NCBI GenBank assembly: GCA_030837285.1
Contig: JAUPKU010000162.1
Coordinates: forward strand, 22,274 to 86,273
DNA length: 64,000 bases
Origin: Thermoproteota archaeon
GTDB lineage: Archaea > Thermoproteota > Bathyarchaeia > RBG-16-48-13 > GCA-020355125
Reading direction: 5' to 3'
Shown here: in pieces, positions 10,050 to 21,835 of the stretch
How the letters are laid out: the number at the start of each line of letters is the position of its first letter
Position numbering within the stretch: the stretch's first letter is position 1
Translations under genes and position numbers: made by a program
The notes under the pieces: generated by a model
The model's input: the letters and a program-made list of their open reading frames with translations, nothing else
Databases searched by the model: none
What the model was told of the DNA's origin: nothing

Positions 10050-10147
10050 CATGCGTACGCGAATCTTCTAAACACCTAGACTAGTTATTTATGCATACTA
10101 GCTAACTCACCCGCTGAAAATAATCTCTTATCTCCAGATATGATCCT

Positions 10148-10471
10148 TTAATCTAATATGTTTGGCGTATCTTCTCCAGATTTCCTACTTGCATTTCTTC
10201 TCCTTTTCAAAATACTATTCAAAAACATGGAAGAGGTATGGAAAAAATGAATCTTCCTTTCTCTTTTCAGGACTCTTGAGACCTCGGACATGGCACCACT
10301 GTAATCCTCTATGTAACGAATATCCATGAAATATGTTACTCGATAAAACTGGCTGTTCTGAAGATCTATTCGATCACATGCATCTGAAATATGGTACATT
10401 ATGCTGAGTTTTTCGTTCAACGATACTTGTTTTGCCGAGTCTATAGTCTTTTCAGAGAAGTCTATACCCAC
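10148..10471 (-). pseudogene. Truncated class I SAM-dependent methyltransferase (lacks the SAM-binding motif I)
   Basis: Starts at ..VGIDFSEKTIDSAKQ (post-motif-I region) and contains ..EVSRVLKRERK... An in-frame TAA lies just upstream, so the GxGxG loop is absent. A GGAGG box precedes the GTG, so a short product cannot be excluded. Confidence 0.4.
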
Positions 10472-10615
10472 CAGTGATCCTCCTTTTTAGCTAGAATCCT
10501 TGTGTTGTGCCTCTCTCCACATGCAAGCACGCGCTAAAGGTTTATATCTTTGGGAGGCTGCTTCTGGTTTTTCAGGTTGATGGATTCTAAAGATTTTGGT
10601 GGAGGCTGGGTTCCT

Positions 10616-11494
10616 ATGGAGTTAGTGGATTTATCGTCCAGTATTGCTCTTAGGTTTGGCAAGTGGGTTAGCGTTAATGATGTGGCTGAGTATATTCTCT
10701 TGAGACAGAATGATGATGGCGGCTACACTTTTGCTCAATGGACTGACTCATCTGCTCAAGACACATTCTTCGCTGTTGAAGTGCTGAAGATTCTTGGTGT
10801 CCAACCGCGGAAGGTAAGGGAGATGGCTGGTTTTCTCAAGAGATTGCAACACCCGGATGGGAGCTTCGACTCTGTCCGAGTTGCGTACTATGTTGTGAAG
10901 ACTCTTGCAGGTTTTGGGGAGAATCCGAGCCTGCCTGTTGTAGATTACATTCTCTTTTTGAAGAGGGAGCACGGGGGATTCAGCGGGTTAGAGGCTTTTT
11001 GGGATGTACCCTCGGAGATAGAGGACACTTATCTTGCATTGGAAGTGCTTAGAGAGGCGTGTAATGAGTCAAAACTTGAGAGCACAGCCGAATTAATCCT
11101 CAAATCGCAGAATAAGGATGGTAGCTTCGGTAAAACCAACTACTCCCGGATAGCCTCAACCTACTATGCACTAGCCAGCCTCAAGATTCTTGGCTACAAT
11201 GTAGAGAACTTCAAGGAGACACTGAAATGGCTGAGAGGGATGGAGCTTCCACAGGGCGGCTTCGGAGAGATATACGTGAACCCTGAGCAGTACATAGGAA
11301 TAGAGGATGTCTACTTCGGAGTGAAAGCCCTCGAAATCCTAAATGAGAGCCTAACGCATCCCAAAGAAGCTTTAGATCTGATTAGCCAATTTAGAAATAA
11401 TAATGGTGGCTTTCGTAGGTCCAATGTGCTAGGCATCTCCACCTTCGAAGCCACGTATCAAGCCATGGCTGCCATGGAATCAATCCTTACGTAA
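10616..11494 (+). CDS. Prenyltransferase/squalene-cyclase-repeat (alpha-alpha toroid) protein
   Basis: Six spaced repeats: QNDDGGYT, QHPDGSFD, REHGGFSG, QNKDGSFG, LPQGGFGE, NNNGGFRR. ATG 10616 is preceded by GGAGG (10601-10605). The listed TTG 10550 start looks too long. Confidence 0.75.
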   Translation: MELVDLSSSIALRFGKWVSVNDVAEYILLRQNDDGGYTFAQWTDSSAQDTFFAVEVLKILGVQPRKVREMAGFLKRLQHPDGSFDSVRVAYYVVKTLAGFGENPSLPVVDYILFLKREHGGFSGLEAFWDVPSEIEDTYLALEVLREACNESKLESTAELILKSQNKDGSFGKTNYSRIASTYYALASLKILGYNVENFKETLKWLRGMELPQGGFGEIYVNPEQYIGIEDVYFGVKALEILNESLTHPKEALDLISQFRNNNGGFRRSNVLGISTFEATYQAMAAMESILT

Positions 11495-11696
11495 AGAGCG
11501 TACCATAAAATTCAACTCATGATCTTTTTATTTCATTTACTTCTGTCTTTTAAGCCCCCAGCTACATGATATTCGTATTCATTCTAATCCCGCGCTATTA
11601 TGACTATTCAAATACTCCACTTGTAATAGTCACGTACTAATTTGATCAGAGGATTCAAAATCGTACAGGATAACTTAACGCGAGCACTCAAATAAG

Positions 11697-12714
11697 ATGA
11701 AAACATCTAACAGAAGCCAATATTTCTTCATATTACTGATATTCCTTCTGGAAATTCAGCTTATCCATATCTCACCAGTGGATGGTGCTACATACCAAGA
11801 CATTTTTTCATAGAACCTGAAAAACTTCAGGTTCACGATTGCTTGGATAACTGATACTCAGTACTATAGCAAATCTCACCCACAGATTCTGCAACAGACA
11901 ATTGGATGGATAAATAATGAAACACTAAATGGCAAAATACAATTCGTCGTTCATACTGGCGACATTAAGGATAGTTATGATGGCATGAAGCAGTGGCGAA
12001 CCTTCACTATCTATTGGGGAAACCTAACAGCAGAGAACTATGTGTTAGCTGGAAACCATGATAATGACTATTGAAATAATTGGACATCCTACGACTCGCA
12101 TTTTCCCAGCATGAGGTATTACTAAGTCAAAGGACGGGTATCTGTTCCTCTTCATATCTTACTCGCTTGGTTAAGATAACGAAGTCAAGACATGGCTGTG
12201 GAATACCGTTCAAAACCACAACGAGAAGATAATCGTTCTTACTCATACATATCTGAGTAACAGCGAACGATTGACTGGTGATGGAGACGCTATTGAAGGT
12301 ATCCTATCTGAATTCAAGCCACGAGTCTTTTCCGTCTGGTGTAGGCATTCAGCAATAAACAAAATAGTGCAGAGAACCAGTGACAATGTATTTGGCATAT
12401 TACATGACTTTCAAAGGTACAAGAATGGTGGAAAGGGGTACATAATTCTAACTGATATGTATGAGAATGGATTCTAAATGCATCTATATTCCGTCGTAGA
12501 AGGTTTTGACGGAAAAGGGAAAGGTCAAGGCTATGAACTTTCAATCATGCTTTCCTCAACCGATGTGAATTCTGGAGATAATAATATAGCCCTCATGATT
12601 CTTGTTGTCGGAATTGTGATAACCACTATAGTTATAGTTGGAGCTTTAGTTAAACCAAGAGTTCGCGACAAATATTCTATCTGGAGTTGGAATAAAATCA
12701 GAACACGCTCATAA
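11697..12714 (+). pseudogene. Decayed secreted calcineurin-like metallophosphoesterase
   Basis: Has a signal-like N-terminus (MKTSNRSQYFFILLIFLL), then the motifs ITDTQY, VHTGDI, LAGNHD and IIVLTHTYL, and a C-terminal TM. The frame is broken by TAG 11811, TGA 12072, TAA 12123 and at least one frameshift near 12170-12190. Confidence 0.65.
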
Positions 12715-13103
12715 CTCGGATAGTGAAAAACAAAGACCATTCATATCAGCAGTTTTTCATCTACTTGCCAAAATATCTATAACTGATTCGGCATTACCAT
12801 CCAAAGCCAGAGAAAAAAATACTACACCAACTCGGATGCAATAAACAAATCATAGAAAAAACATAGCGCGTCAAAGGGCAAAACAAAACTGGACTGCTAA
12901 CAAGGATCAGCACGCGCTACTTTGATCTTCACTCCTTTTTATGAGAACCAATTCGGACGCTATTGTCTGTGTGATTGTAAAACCTCAGTTTCACATCATA
13001 ATATATATCGAGAATCAAAGTTATTCTTGAGCATGGGAAGAAGTTTTTTTTATCAGTAGCGAGCTTAAAAAATGAGTTATCTAAAGTGATTGATACTAAA
13101 GAA

Positions 13104-13432
13104 ATGGCTACGTACGAGGGTGTCTGGGTGAGCTGTATGTGGAGTACGACGTATTCAGGGTGAGAATGGGCCCTACTCCTCTTTTGAAAGGTTTGCCAAA
13201 TGACCGTGATCCCTGCCCACACTGGGAGGAGATAGTAAAAGGTGAGATGTGGATAATATACAATAGAAAAGAAGAGATTGTGAAGGCAGGAGAAGCTTAT
13301 TACATGCCACCAGGGCATACGACTATAGTTGAAGCGGGTTGTGAACTCTAGGAGTTTAGTCCGAATGATCAGTTCCCAAAAATCATTGAAGTCATGATGA
13401 GTAACTTTGAGACAATGCAAAAAAGAACATAG
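13104..13432 (+). pseudogene. Decayed cupin-domain protein
   Basis: Reads ..PLLKGLPNDRDPCPHWEEIVKGEMWIIYNRKEEIVKAGEAYYMPPGHTTIVEAGCEL*EFSPNDQ.., with an in-frame TAG at 13349-13351 and an N-terminal frameshift. The longer antisense ORF 12929-13492 has implausible composition. Confidence 0.5.
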
Positions 13433-13725
13433 ATAACAGTGTGCGCGATCAGTAGTTAGATAGAATATGCATGCATCTATGAACTTTGACAAAGCGATTA
13501 ATAATAAAAATTTGAAGATCTACGTCGACAAACAGGCTTAGGTTAGCGAGTGCTAGATCATAGTGCTTGAAATTCTAGAAAAAAGTTTCTGGTTGTACAT
13601 AATTTTCTTTCTCAAAACATAATTTGAGTATCGTAAATTCTTATAAGCAGAATGTATGACCTTTGGGGCTGCGCGAATACTTCGCTCAATGAAGATTATC
13701 CTTAGAATTTCAGGAAGCCAAAGCT

Positions 13726-14079
13726 ATGGGGGCTATGGGCACTCAAATGAATGTGAAGAATAGCTACGCGATGACGCTAATCATCGGATTGTGTTTGAAG
13801 TCTATTGACCTTATAACAACTTTCTTTGCTTTAAATATAGAGGGGTTCTCAGAAGGAAACGTTATCGCATCATGGTTTTTGTCCCAATCCCCGCTTGTCT
13901 TTGTCATATTCAGCATTACGATGTTTCTTATTCCAATGAGTCTACTAAAGTGGGGAATGAGAAAATTTGAGCCATTAAGCAGTCACACAAAAACGGTCTA
14001 TGGCATAATGCTACTTCTATTGCTGATCCCTGTGACTAACAACTTGATAAACTTGATCCAGTGGAGTTTGAGTTTGTAA
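13726..14079 (+). CDS. Small membrane protein (DUF5658-like)
   Basis: Three to four TM segments. The block KSIDLITTFFALNIEGFSEGNVIAS resembles the D..T....G..E.N motif of that family. This assignment is weak. Confidence 0.4.
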   Translation: MGAMGTQMNVKNSYAMTLIIGLCLKSIDLITTFFALNIEGFSEGNVIASWFLSQSPLVFVIFSITMFLIPMSLLKWGMRKFEPLSSHTKTVYGIMLLLLLIPVTNNLINLIQWSLSL

Positions 14080-14335
14080 CTACTGCCTCTTTTATTTAGT
14101 TCACGCTCACCAGAGGGTCTAAATTCAAATCTCTTAATCTTTTGACCTCTTCGAGTTTGAAGGTTCTTTCATGAAACTATCCCACTGGCATTTTTTCCCT
14201 TCAAAAGCTTCCAACGCGTGCTAAAAAGATGAATCCAAAATTCATAAACGATTTCACTCTCTAATAACTAAGGAATTGTCAGTGACGAAGCGTGTTCTAA
14301 CGTATCGCTCACATTCACACAAGAGCGTGGTGTGT

Positions 14336-14627
14336 ATGAAACCTTTTGATTTGGAAAAGAAAAATGTTCTCTCCAAAGAGGCAAATTAGTTAGGTACTGT
14401 ATTAGGTATTGAAATAGACCCGGTGACTTGGAAAGTAACTAATCTTCGTGTGGGCTTGATGGATAAGGCATTGCAGAGTCTTGAATTAACGCTTGAAAAG
14501 AGACTTCGAAAAACTTGTAGAAGTCTTCATCCCAACTGAGGCTGTTGAGATTGTTTCTGACTTCATCGTTCTTAACAAAAAGACAGATGAACTAAAGGAT
14601 ATCATTAAAATAACCAGCGTCAAATAA
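14336..14627 (+). pseudogene. Decayed PRC-barrel protein, paralogue of 23176-23454
   Basis: MKPFDLEKKNVLSKEAN*LGTVLGIEIDPVTWKVTNLRVGL.. parallels GKKVVETQAKVLGEVIDIEFDEKTMQLTKICLKL in the intact copy. There is an in-frame TAG plus a frameshift before ..LVEVFIPTEAVEIVSDFIVLNKKTDELKDIIK. Confidence 0.5.
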
Positions 14628-14978
14628 AGCCAAATAGTTAGTCATTGAATAACACTACAGCTTTCGTTTGAACAAAAGAAAGCACATGCGCACCACCGAT
14701 CGTAGATGTCTTTTTAAATATTAGAAACAAGACTTCGAAACTTTGGCTTTTAAGAGTTGGCAAAGATAAGAAGAAAACTTCAGGCTTTAGGGCCGTCAGT
14801 TTTTTAGACGCACGCGTCTGTCCTTTATGTTTAATAGTCATTGTTGTGATTGGAAGGATTATTGAATGCTCATCCAAATAATTGAAGCGAGGGAATTCTA
14901 CTGTCTGAAACTTCTTGGAGGAAGTCGGCTTTTCTCGTTCTTCTCTCAGTAGTCTTCCTTGATAGCCTAGGTTTTTCT

Positions 14979-16091
14979 GTGGTTCTACCATACCTCTTCT
15001 ACTTCGTTCAGGCACTCGGAGCCGACGTCTTCACCTATGGTCTGATTCTAACCTCCTACAGTCTAATGCAGTTCATCTCCGCACCGATAATCGCACGGCT
15101 GAGCGACCGTTACGGACGACGCAGAATACTGCTGTTTGCACTCCTTGTCTCGGGCTTATCGTACTTCGTTTTAGGAACGGCGAATGCCTTATGGCTCATC
15201 TTCTTAGCCAGGATGCTTTCTGGAACCACAGCTGCAACGGTGCCTGTGGCACAGGCTTACGTAGCCGACGTGACAAATGAGAACGAGCGCATTAAGTACT
15301 TGGGTCGGCTGGGTGCTGTGAGTGGCATCGCCTTCGTTTCAGGCTCAGCCATAGGTGGTACCTTAAGTGGGCTTTTCGGATACGCATTACCATCTTTCAT
15401 GGCCTCAACTTTCGCCTTCACCAATCTTGTTTCCGCATACTTCAAGCTGCCTGAGCCGGAGCATGCTGGAAGAGACCCTGAAAAATCCGCTTTCACTTTG
15501 AAAGCTCTGCGGAATCTGCTGAAGGATAGGCGAATGAAAATTCTATTCGCTGCCTCCTTCTTATTCACTGTTGCCTTCATGTTCTTGCAGGTGGTCTTTC
15601 CACCGTGGCTTCAGACTAACTTTGGCTTCGGCTCATTCGAGACTGGCCTCATGTTCTTCTACATTGGCATAGTAGCCGCGGTCACTCAAGGAGTATTCTT
15701 GCCAAAACTATCGGCGAAGCGCTCTCCAGCAACACTAGTGTCGTATGGACTGGTAATCCTCGCAGCCGGCTTTGTCGCGCTTGCAGCTGTTATAAATCTG
15801 CAATCACTATTACTGATTTCAATCTTGATTCCTTTGGGATTCGGAATTCTAAACACAGCCTTAAACACGCTTATCTCACTCAGTGTTCCCACAGAAGCTC
15901 AAGGTGGATCATTGGGCATAGCGAATTCGCTTGGCGGCCTTGCACAAACTATTACTCCAGCCTTTGCAACAATCTTATATGCGTTTGGACAGTCCATTGG
16001 CTTAAACTGGTTTGCATTCATCATTTCCGGAGCAATCACCCTCTCAATAATCCCCATAATCGCAAGTCTAAGAAAACAATCTAAAAACTAG
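14979..16091 (+). CDS. MFS transporter (drug:H+ antiporter-like)
   Basis: Contains LSDRYGRRRILL (the MFS loop 2-3 motif) and multiple TMs. The homologous frame stays open upstream to 14886 (..SWRKSAFLVLLSVVFLDSLGFS) but has no ATG/GTG/TTG there. Confidence 0.8.
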   Translation: MVLPYLFYFVQALGADVFTYGLILTSYSLMQFISAPIIARLSDRYGRRRILLFALLVSGLSYFVLGTANALWLIFLARMLSGTTAATVPVAQAYVADVTNENERIKYLGRLGAVSGIAFVSGSAIGGTLSGLFGYALPSFMASTFAFTNLVSAYFKLPEPEHAGRDPEKSAFTLKALRNLLKDRRMKILFAASFLFTVAFMFLQVVFPPWLQTNFGFGSFETGLMFFYIGIVAAVTQGVFLPKLSAKRSPATLVSYGLVILAAGFVALAAVINLQSLLLISILIPLGFGILNTALNTLISLSVPTEAQGGSLGIANSLGGLAQTITPAFATILYAFGQSIGLNWFAFIISGAITLSIIPIIASLRKQSKN

Positions 16092-16615
16092 ACTCGCGCA
16101 TGTGGTGTTGCTTCAGGTTCTGAGCAAACACTTCCGCATGTTTGGGATCCTCATCGTCAGGTCTCCCCTAATTCGTTTCCCCAAACCATTTAAGAAAACT
16201 ATTCGTGTTAAAGCCTTTACAATTGAATTCGTCAATAATCGTGTAACCTTTAAATTGTATTTCCCCCAGCACAGTGATTTTTGCAGCTTCTATCATTGCA
16301 CTGGTTGAGAAAATGTATGTTCTCTTATTGGTGACCTGTAGTAGTCTATCAGCAATGTCAAGCAGATATTTATGATGTTTTTTATATTCCTGAGCCAAAG
16401 CCAATTAACTCATATTCTTGAAGCTTTTCAGGATTTATTTGCTGTGGCACTTTTTATTGGTGCATCAAACTTTTACGAAGACATTAACGATTTTCTTAGT
16501 ATTATTATGATAATACGAAAACAAAACCAATAAAGCTTTCATAGGCAACTACTATTAGATAACGCGTACTATTTCTTTCTGTAAAGCATAACCCTGTCCT
16601 AACACTATATTTTGA

Positions 16616-16996
16616 TTACTGCCACCTATACAAGTTCTTCCTGTTTAGCGCGCGCGTCCTTAACTCGTCTACATTGCAGTGAAAACATAAGCCATTATGG
16701 CAGCATATTGCTTCATCACATTTTGAACATCGCCATTGTTTCTCCTGTGTCTTCAAGAACTTTAACATCCCATGTTTTTTGATAAATTCAAGGTTGCCGA
16801 TGAGGCTTATTCGGATAAGCGTTTGATATCGCTTGTCAATATGTTTCAGTTCTTCGCAGGGAAAGTCTTCACACTCATAGCAAAACTCTACTTTATTGCT
16901 CAACAGCAACTCGCATCTCTTTTTGAGAAAGGCGCACTTCTTGTTTCTTGGTCGGCAGCCTTTACAATACGGCATTCGAATTCCATTATTCTTCAC
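16616..16996 (-). CDS. Cys-rich DUF3795-type protein
   Basis: Shows the pattern CKGC..(n)..C..(n)..FCYECEDFPCEEL and a second Cys cluster, CSKCDEAICCHNGLCFHC. Confidence 0.55.
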   Translation of the reverse strand: MKNNGIRMPYCKGCRPRNKKCAFLKKRCELLLSNKVEFCYECEDFPCEELKHIDKRYQTLIRISLIGNLEFIKKHGMLKFLKTQEKQWRCSKCDEAICCHNGLCFHCNVDELRTRALNRKNLYRWQ

Positions 16997-17334
16997 ATCG
17001 TTTTTGAATGCGAGATATCCACTACAAACAGCTCAATTCATCCCACACGGTGCTATGAGCTCAGGTGTATCATGCATAGTTAATCAATAAGTAGGACAAC
17101 GTCTTAAACTCTTATGACATTTTATGACGAAAAAGCAAGAAAAAATTAGAGAGTAGTTATATGAGTATATGGTTTGGTAGCGGGGAGATGATTTGAACTT
17201 CCGATATTCAGTCCTTTGCGATATTAGACGATCTTTAAAAATGGTCAATTTTAAATTCTATGTCTAATTCAAAGAAGATGGAAAAATTTGAGAAGATGTT
17301 TTAGAGCTAATGATTAATCAAAGTCTTAGCTCTA

Positions 17335-18482
17335 TTACCAGGAGTCTATTTTCTGTTGACTCCATAGATACTTTGCTGTAATGTCTTCATTCAGTTCCAC
17401 TCCGAGTCCAGGTTTAGTCGGCGGTATGATGAAGCCTTTCTCATATTTTGGGGGTCCTTCATGATTTCCCACATCACCGGTCGACCTGTGGGCCATTCTT
17501 GGATGAGGAAGTTTGGACAACAAATATCCAACTGTATCGCTGCCATCCCAGCAACAGGACCACAAGGCATATGAGGAGCAATCGTAGCGTACCGGGCTTC
17601 AGCCATAGCCGCGATCTTCTTACTCTCCAAGAACCCACTACAGTGAATAACATCCAACTGCAAGACAGACGCTGCATCTGCCTCCATAATGTCGAAGAAG
17701 TCAAACTTTGAAGAACCGCTCTCCAGTAGCAATCGGAATCGTCTTAGCCCGCGCAACCCTCGCCAGCGCCCAATGTTCTCGGGTGGCACAGGCTCCTCCA
17801 AGAATAGTGGATCATACTTCTCAAGACGCTTCGCCAACCTAATGACACTAGTAGTGTTGAGTTTACCATGAGACTCAACAAGAATATCCGCCTCATCACC
17901 AACAGCCCTAGCACAATCTTCTGTAGAGCGGAGCCTCTTAAGAGAAATTGGTCTAGGATTCGGATAGGTAGGTCCAAGAGTATCCCACTTCAAACCCGTG
18001 AAACCCTGCTCAACAGCCTCAACCGCCCTCTTCGCATACGCCTTAAGTTCTGGAAGCGGTGACGTATAATCTAATGGAATTGGCGATCCTACACTGATGT
18101 GTGTATAAACTCTTATCTTATCTTTTACTCGTCCGCCCATCAGGTTGTAGATCGGTTGCTTAACCGATTTTCCAATGACATCCCAGCACGCCACCTCAAC
18201 AGCGCTCATCGGAGCATTCATGAGAATTCCAGGGTGATGAAAATCATGGGTTAACGCATACATCCTCTGCCACATCTTCTCCACGTCAAAAGGGCTCTCA
18301 CCGACCACCTACTGCTTAAGCTCATTCACATGCTGCACCAAAGTCAAATCTCTACCACCATAAGAGACAGAAGCCTCAATAATACCCTCCACACCCTCGT
18401 CCGTCAGAAGCTTAACGAAGATTCAGCCACCCCTTCCCGGAATAGGGCTCATCATAAGAGTTTTAACATCCGTTATCTTCAA
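17335..18482 (-). pseudogene. Decayed enolase-superfamily dehydratase (galactonate dehydratase/mandelate racemase-like)
   Basis: Reads LKITDVKTLMMSPIPGRGG*IFVKLLTDEGVEG (TGA at 18423-18425) and ..NELKQ*VVGESPFDVEKMWQRMY (TAG at 18309-18311). A C-terminal frameshift near 17460-17480 joins to ..GFIIPPTKPGLGVELNEDI. Confidence 0.75.
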
Positions 18483-18552
18483 AACCAAAACCTCGAAAAA
18501 ACCATCATAAAGAATTGGTTTCCACTAATATCTTCTTTAACAGCAAAGGACA

Positions 18553-19134
18553 TCAGAGTTGCTTAGAAACGCTCTTCCACACCCTCTCGGCAACCTCACC
18601 CGCCGATCCCTCACCATCCACGACAATCCAATTCAGCTTCTTAGCCAGACTCAAATAATTCTTTCTAACCTTTTCTAGAAAGGGTTTGTTCTTCTCATAG
18701 ACATCCCTCTTCTCAGGGTCACATCTCTTAAGGCTAGTCTCCACAGCCACGTCAATTATAACAACCACATCCGCAGTTGGTAGCTTCTCCTCCAACTGCA
18801 TCATCCAATTCAAATCAAGATCATTCGCTAAACCATACGCAAGCCCCGAAGGAATATACCTATCTGCAACAACAATCTTCCCTTCTCTAAGCCACAAGTC
18901 AATGTCCTTTTTTCTCTCCCACCTATTAGCCACATAAAGAAACTGACGTACCTCAGGAGAGAACTCAACACGCCCGCTAAGAAAGAGCCTGATCTCCCTT
19001 CCAAGAGGCGTCCTATAATCTGGGAACTCGATGCACTCCACCCCGCGACCAGCAGCCTTAAGTCGCCTAAACAATAATTCCGCCTGTGTACCCTTACCAG
19101 ACTTGTCAATGCCCTCAAATGCAATCAAGACCAT
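18553..19134 (-). CDS. tmk: Thymidylate (dTMP) kinase
   Basis: Has the P-loop FEGIDKSGKGTQ and the DRY motif (VADRYIPSG) at a length of 193 aa. Confidence 0.9.
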   Translation of the reverse strand: MVLIAFEGIDKSGKGTQAELLFRRLKAAGRGVECIEFPDYRTPLGREIRLFLSGRVEFSPEVRQFLYVANRWERKKDIDLWLREGKIVVADRYIPSGLAYGLANDLDLNWMMQLEEKLPTADVVVIIDVAVETSLKRCDPEKRDVYEKNKPFLEKVRKNYLSLAKKLNWIVVDGEGSAGEVAERVWKSVSKQL

Positions 19135-19986
19135 AACAATTCAGCCATCCACGAATTGAATAAAGAAATACCTGCCTGAATAAAAGATTAAACATAACAC
19201 AAAGAGAAATCATGTAAACCTACTATAATTAATCAACTAAACTCGTGTTCTTTGAAGAAAAAATGGCAATTGGCATTGTCTTAAGAACTAATTAAGTTCC
19301 CAAACATATTCTTGCTAACTAACGTTCTCTCTATCTCATTCTCTAACTAACTCTCTCTACAAACCAAAAAAATCCCAAAAAACCGTCACTAAAGCCGAAA
19401 AAAGATCGAAAAAGAATAAGCTAGATGTTTTTAAATCTTTATGGTCTTGTGATACGTACCTATAATTCATTATTATTTTATGTCATAATTCATTAGACTG
19501 TAACATCGCGTATACTGAATTTTTTCGCCTCGTCAATATATCTGTTTAAAGAGCACACGCTATAGGGGTAATATGATGTAGATAATCTGATAAATTGTCT
19601 AATCAAGATAAATGGTCAGCGTTGAAAGTAATCACTGTCCTCTTCGGAATTATTTTTTTATCCTTTCAAGATTTGCAGATTTAGCTTCAATAATGCTTGG
19701 AGAAAAGACTGCTCTATCTCTCTTGAGTATTCTTGGGACGGGTATGCTCAAAATGATAGTCGGCATTATCATGGTCTCAGCTGTAATCTCCACAGATACA
19801 CTAGAAAGTGTATATGATGAACTTATTACAACCATATAGAAGTAAGCTCGCAAGCTACATTGAAAAAAATAGTAGCGAAATTATGGGATACGTAAAAGAA
19901 GTTAATTGATAGGTGATCCGACTTGGAGAGTGGAACACTATTGTTCTTTCTTCTATCCAGAAGATGCTGTCATAGGAAAATTGGGT

Positions 19987-20262
19987 TTAGCCTTTCCATA
20001 ATCCTAGTGCTAATCCGATAATAAATGTGAAAGAAGAATAAGGAAATCTGGTAAATAATCCATTTCCTGTCTCAATTAGTGCGCTAGCTAAAATATCTTG
20101 AAAACTAATAGTTATAACCTCTGAAAACACAAGCAGGCTTACCAAAGCAGCAATAACAAATATTAACTTTATCGTATGCTTAACCGTGTAACTGACTAAT
20201 AATCCTACAATTAAAGGCACAATGATCGGGACCATCCAAATAATTTCAGGCAGAGTCGTCAA
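19987..20262 (-). CDS. Small hypothetical membrane protein
   Basis: A 91-aa ORF with three hydrophobic segments and no recognised motif. Confidence 0.3.
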   Translation of the reverse strand: MTTLPEIIWMVPIIVPLIVGLLVSYTVKHTIKLIFVIAALVSLLVFSEVITISFQDILASALIETGNGLFTRFPYSSFTFIIGLALGLWKG

Positions 20263-21095
20263 CTCTTTCCATCCACCTTCCTAATGGCAAATGCTTGTTG
20301 AGGAGTAGAAGAGAGGGAAAACTAAAAACCTCCCTTCATACTCTGAACTTAGAGCTTATACATCGCTGTTATATCGATTATAACTATTATGACTAATGAA
20401 CCACTGGTACGTATCATATGACCAGTATGTATCATTTTTTAGCACATTACCAAGAACCGAAGGTTAGAGTCCAACAATTTCTTAGAACATTTTAGTTTAG
20501 GTTTACACTAGGGCAATTTTACAGTAAAACAATCGTATCAACCATATTGACATCATAAAACAAATCAGTTGCACCATAATGAAGATAAGTAAGCCCACGC
20601 GGTTAACCCGCCAATTAATTTCTGTATATCTTTAATAAAAATTGAAGAGAGACAAAAATGTCATTATTAAGGAAGCACACGTTTGCGTGTTTTCTGATAT
20701 ATGTAAACTAGCAAATGGATGACTATTTTACAGCAGTGTTTTTAGGCCTCTTTCTCAACATCATCAGCACTATTGCTACAACCGCTACAGCTGCGATACC
20801 TTCTTCGATCAAGAGGTAATTCGAATCAGTTCCTATCCCCGTGCTTGAGCCCGTGAGCGGGGGTGCTTCCCATGATAGCGTAAACTCATGCCATGCTAAT
20901 CCTGAATATGGTATGCTATGTCTGTTTTGTGTCTAGCGTGGGCTTTTTGTTTATTTTCAACTACTCAAAGGTAAAAAAATGTTTTTTTATTTGTATGTTG
21001 ATTAAATTTAGTCTATTACGCAGAAGCCAAATAATTTAGTCAGTCTATGGAAAAAGATTATTTTCAAGTAGAGCGTATTAATAAAGTGATAAAAA

Positions 21096-21677
21096 ATGGC
21101 TCAGAATAATATTCTGGAAGAAGTTTTTAAATCTCTTGACGAATATTTCGCATCTCAAAATGATGATATCATAAAAGGCTTGACTATAGGCATTGAGTTG
21201 GAGACGAAGGGCAGAAGTTTCTACTTAGCCAAATATCAAGAATTTAAAAATGATGTTTTCAACTTTCTAGCAGATGATGAGCTCCAACATTTGAAAGCTC
21301 TTGAGAATGTGAAAGAAATCATTGAGAGACGAGGTCAATGGGTGGAAGTGAGAAAGGTGCAGCTAAAAAATCTTGGAAGACCTAAACTCTTTGAAGGTGG
21401 ACAAACAGAGCCTAAAATAGCTGATGAGTCTTCTACAAGGAGCATATTACTGGCAGCCCTAAGTGCGGAAAGTAAGTCCGAAGAATTCTACAACAGAATG
21501 GCTGAAAAGGTAAAGGATGAAGATGCAAAGAAGTTTTTTACAGCTTTAGCTAATCTCGAAAGACGGCATTTTGAAATCATTAGAAATCAACTTCCAAAAG
21601 AGAAGGAAGGTGGAGTCATAAGCAGATTCACTGAAGGAAGAGTTCATAAGCACACACGCTCCAGACGCTTCCACTAA
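21096..21677 (+). CDS. Rubrerythrin-like ferritin-fold protein
   Basis: Two half-sites with E...ExxH spacing: ELETKGRSFY...DDELQHL and AESKSEEFY...LERRHFE. Confidence 0.6.
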   Translation: MAQNNILEEVFKSLDEYFASQNDDIIKGLTIGIELETKGRSFYLAKYQEFKNDVFNFLADDELQHLKALENVKEIIERRGQWVEVRKVQLKNLGRPKLFEGGQTEPKIADESSTRSILLAALSAESKSEEFYNRMAEKVKDEDAKKFFTALANLERRHFEIIRNQLPKEKEGGVISRFTEGRVHKHTRSRRFH

Positions 21678-21835
21678 AAAGTAGGTCATAGGTTACATTC
21701 TATTATACTATAATATACTTTGAAAAGAAGACGCAACGATTCCTTAAGTGCCTAAGGATACACTTTTGAAATCTGGATGCCACAACGGGGAAGCCCGTGC
21801 TAGGTCCTGCAGAGTACGATAAAAAAGAAAAGATG

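Noticed and set aside
12929-13492. 187-aa ORF on the minus strand, the longest ORF in this stretch.
   Set aside because: Its composition is implausible (Cys/His/Phe/Tyr-rich, no motif). The opposite strand carries clear cupin homology (PLLKGLP..CPHW..PPGH..EFSP). I treat it as an antisense shadow of the decayed cupin gene.
14638-15015. 125-aa minus-strand ORF upstream of and overlapping the MFS gene.
   Set aside because: It has no motif and lies antisense to the MFS first-helix coding region and to an AT-rich spacer. It is most likely non-coding.
17165-17230. tRNA-like fragment (gcggggagatgatttgaacttcc resembles an acceptor/T-arm).
   Set aside because: I could not fold a T-stem, D-arm or anticodon arm on either strand. 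There is no cloverleaf.
1590-19360. CT-rich pyrimidine tracts at about 1590-1630 and about 19320-19360 share the 10-mer ctaactctct; a possible repeat element.
   Set aside because: The sequence is low-complexity, and a 10-mer shared once in 64 kb is expected by chance. No extended similarity flanks it.
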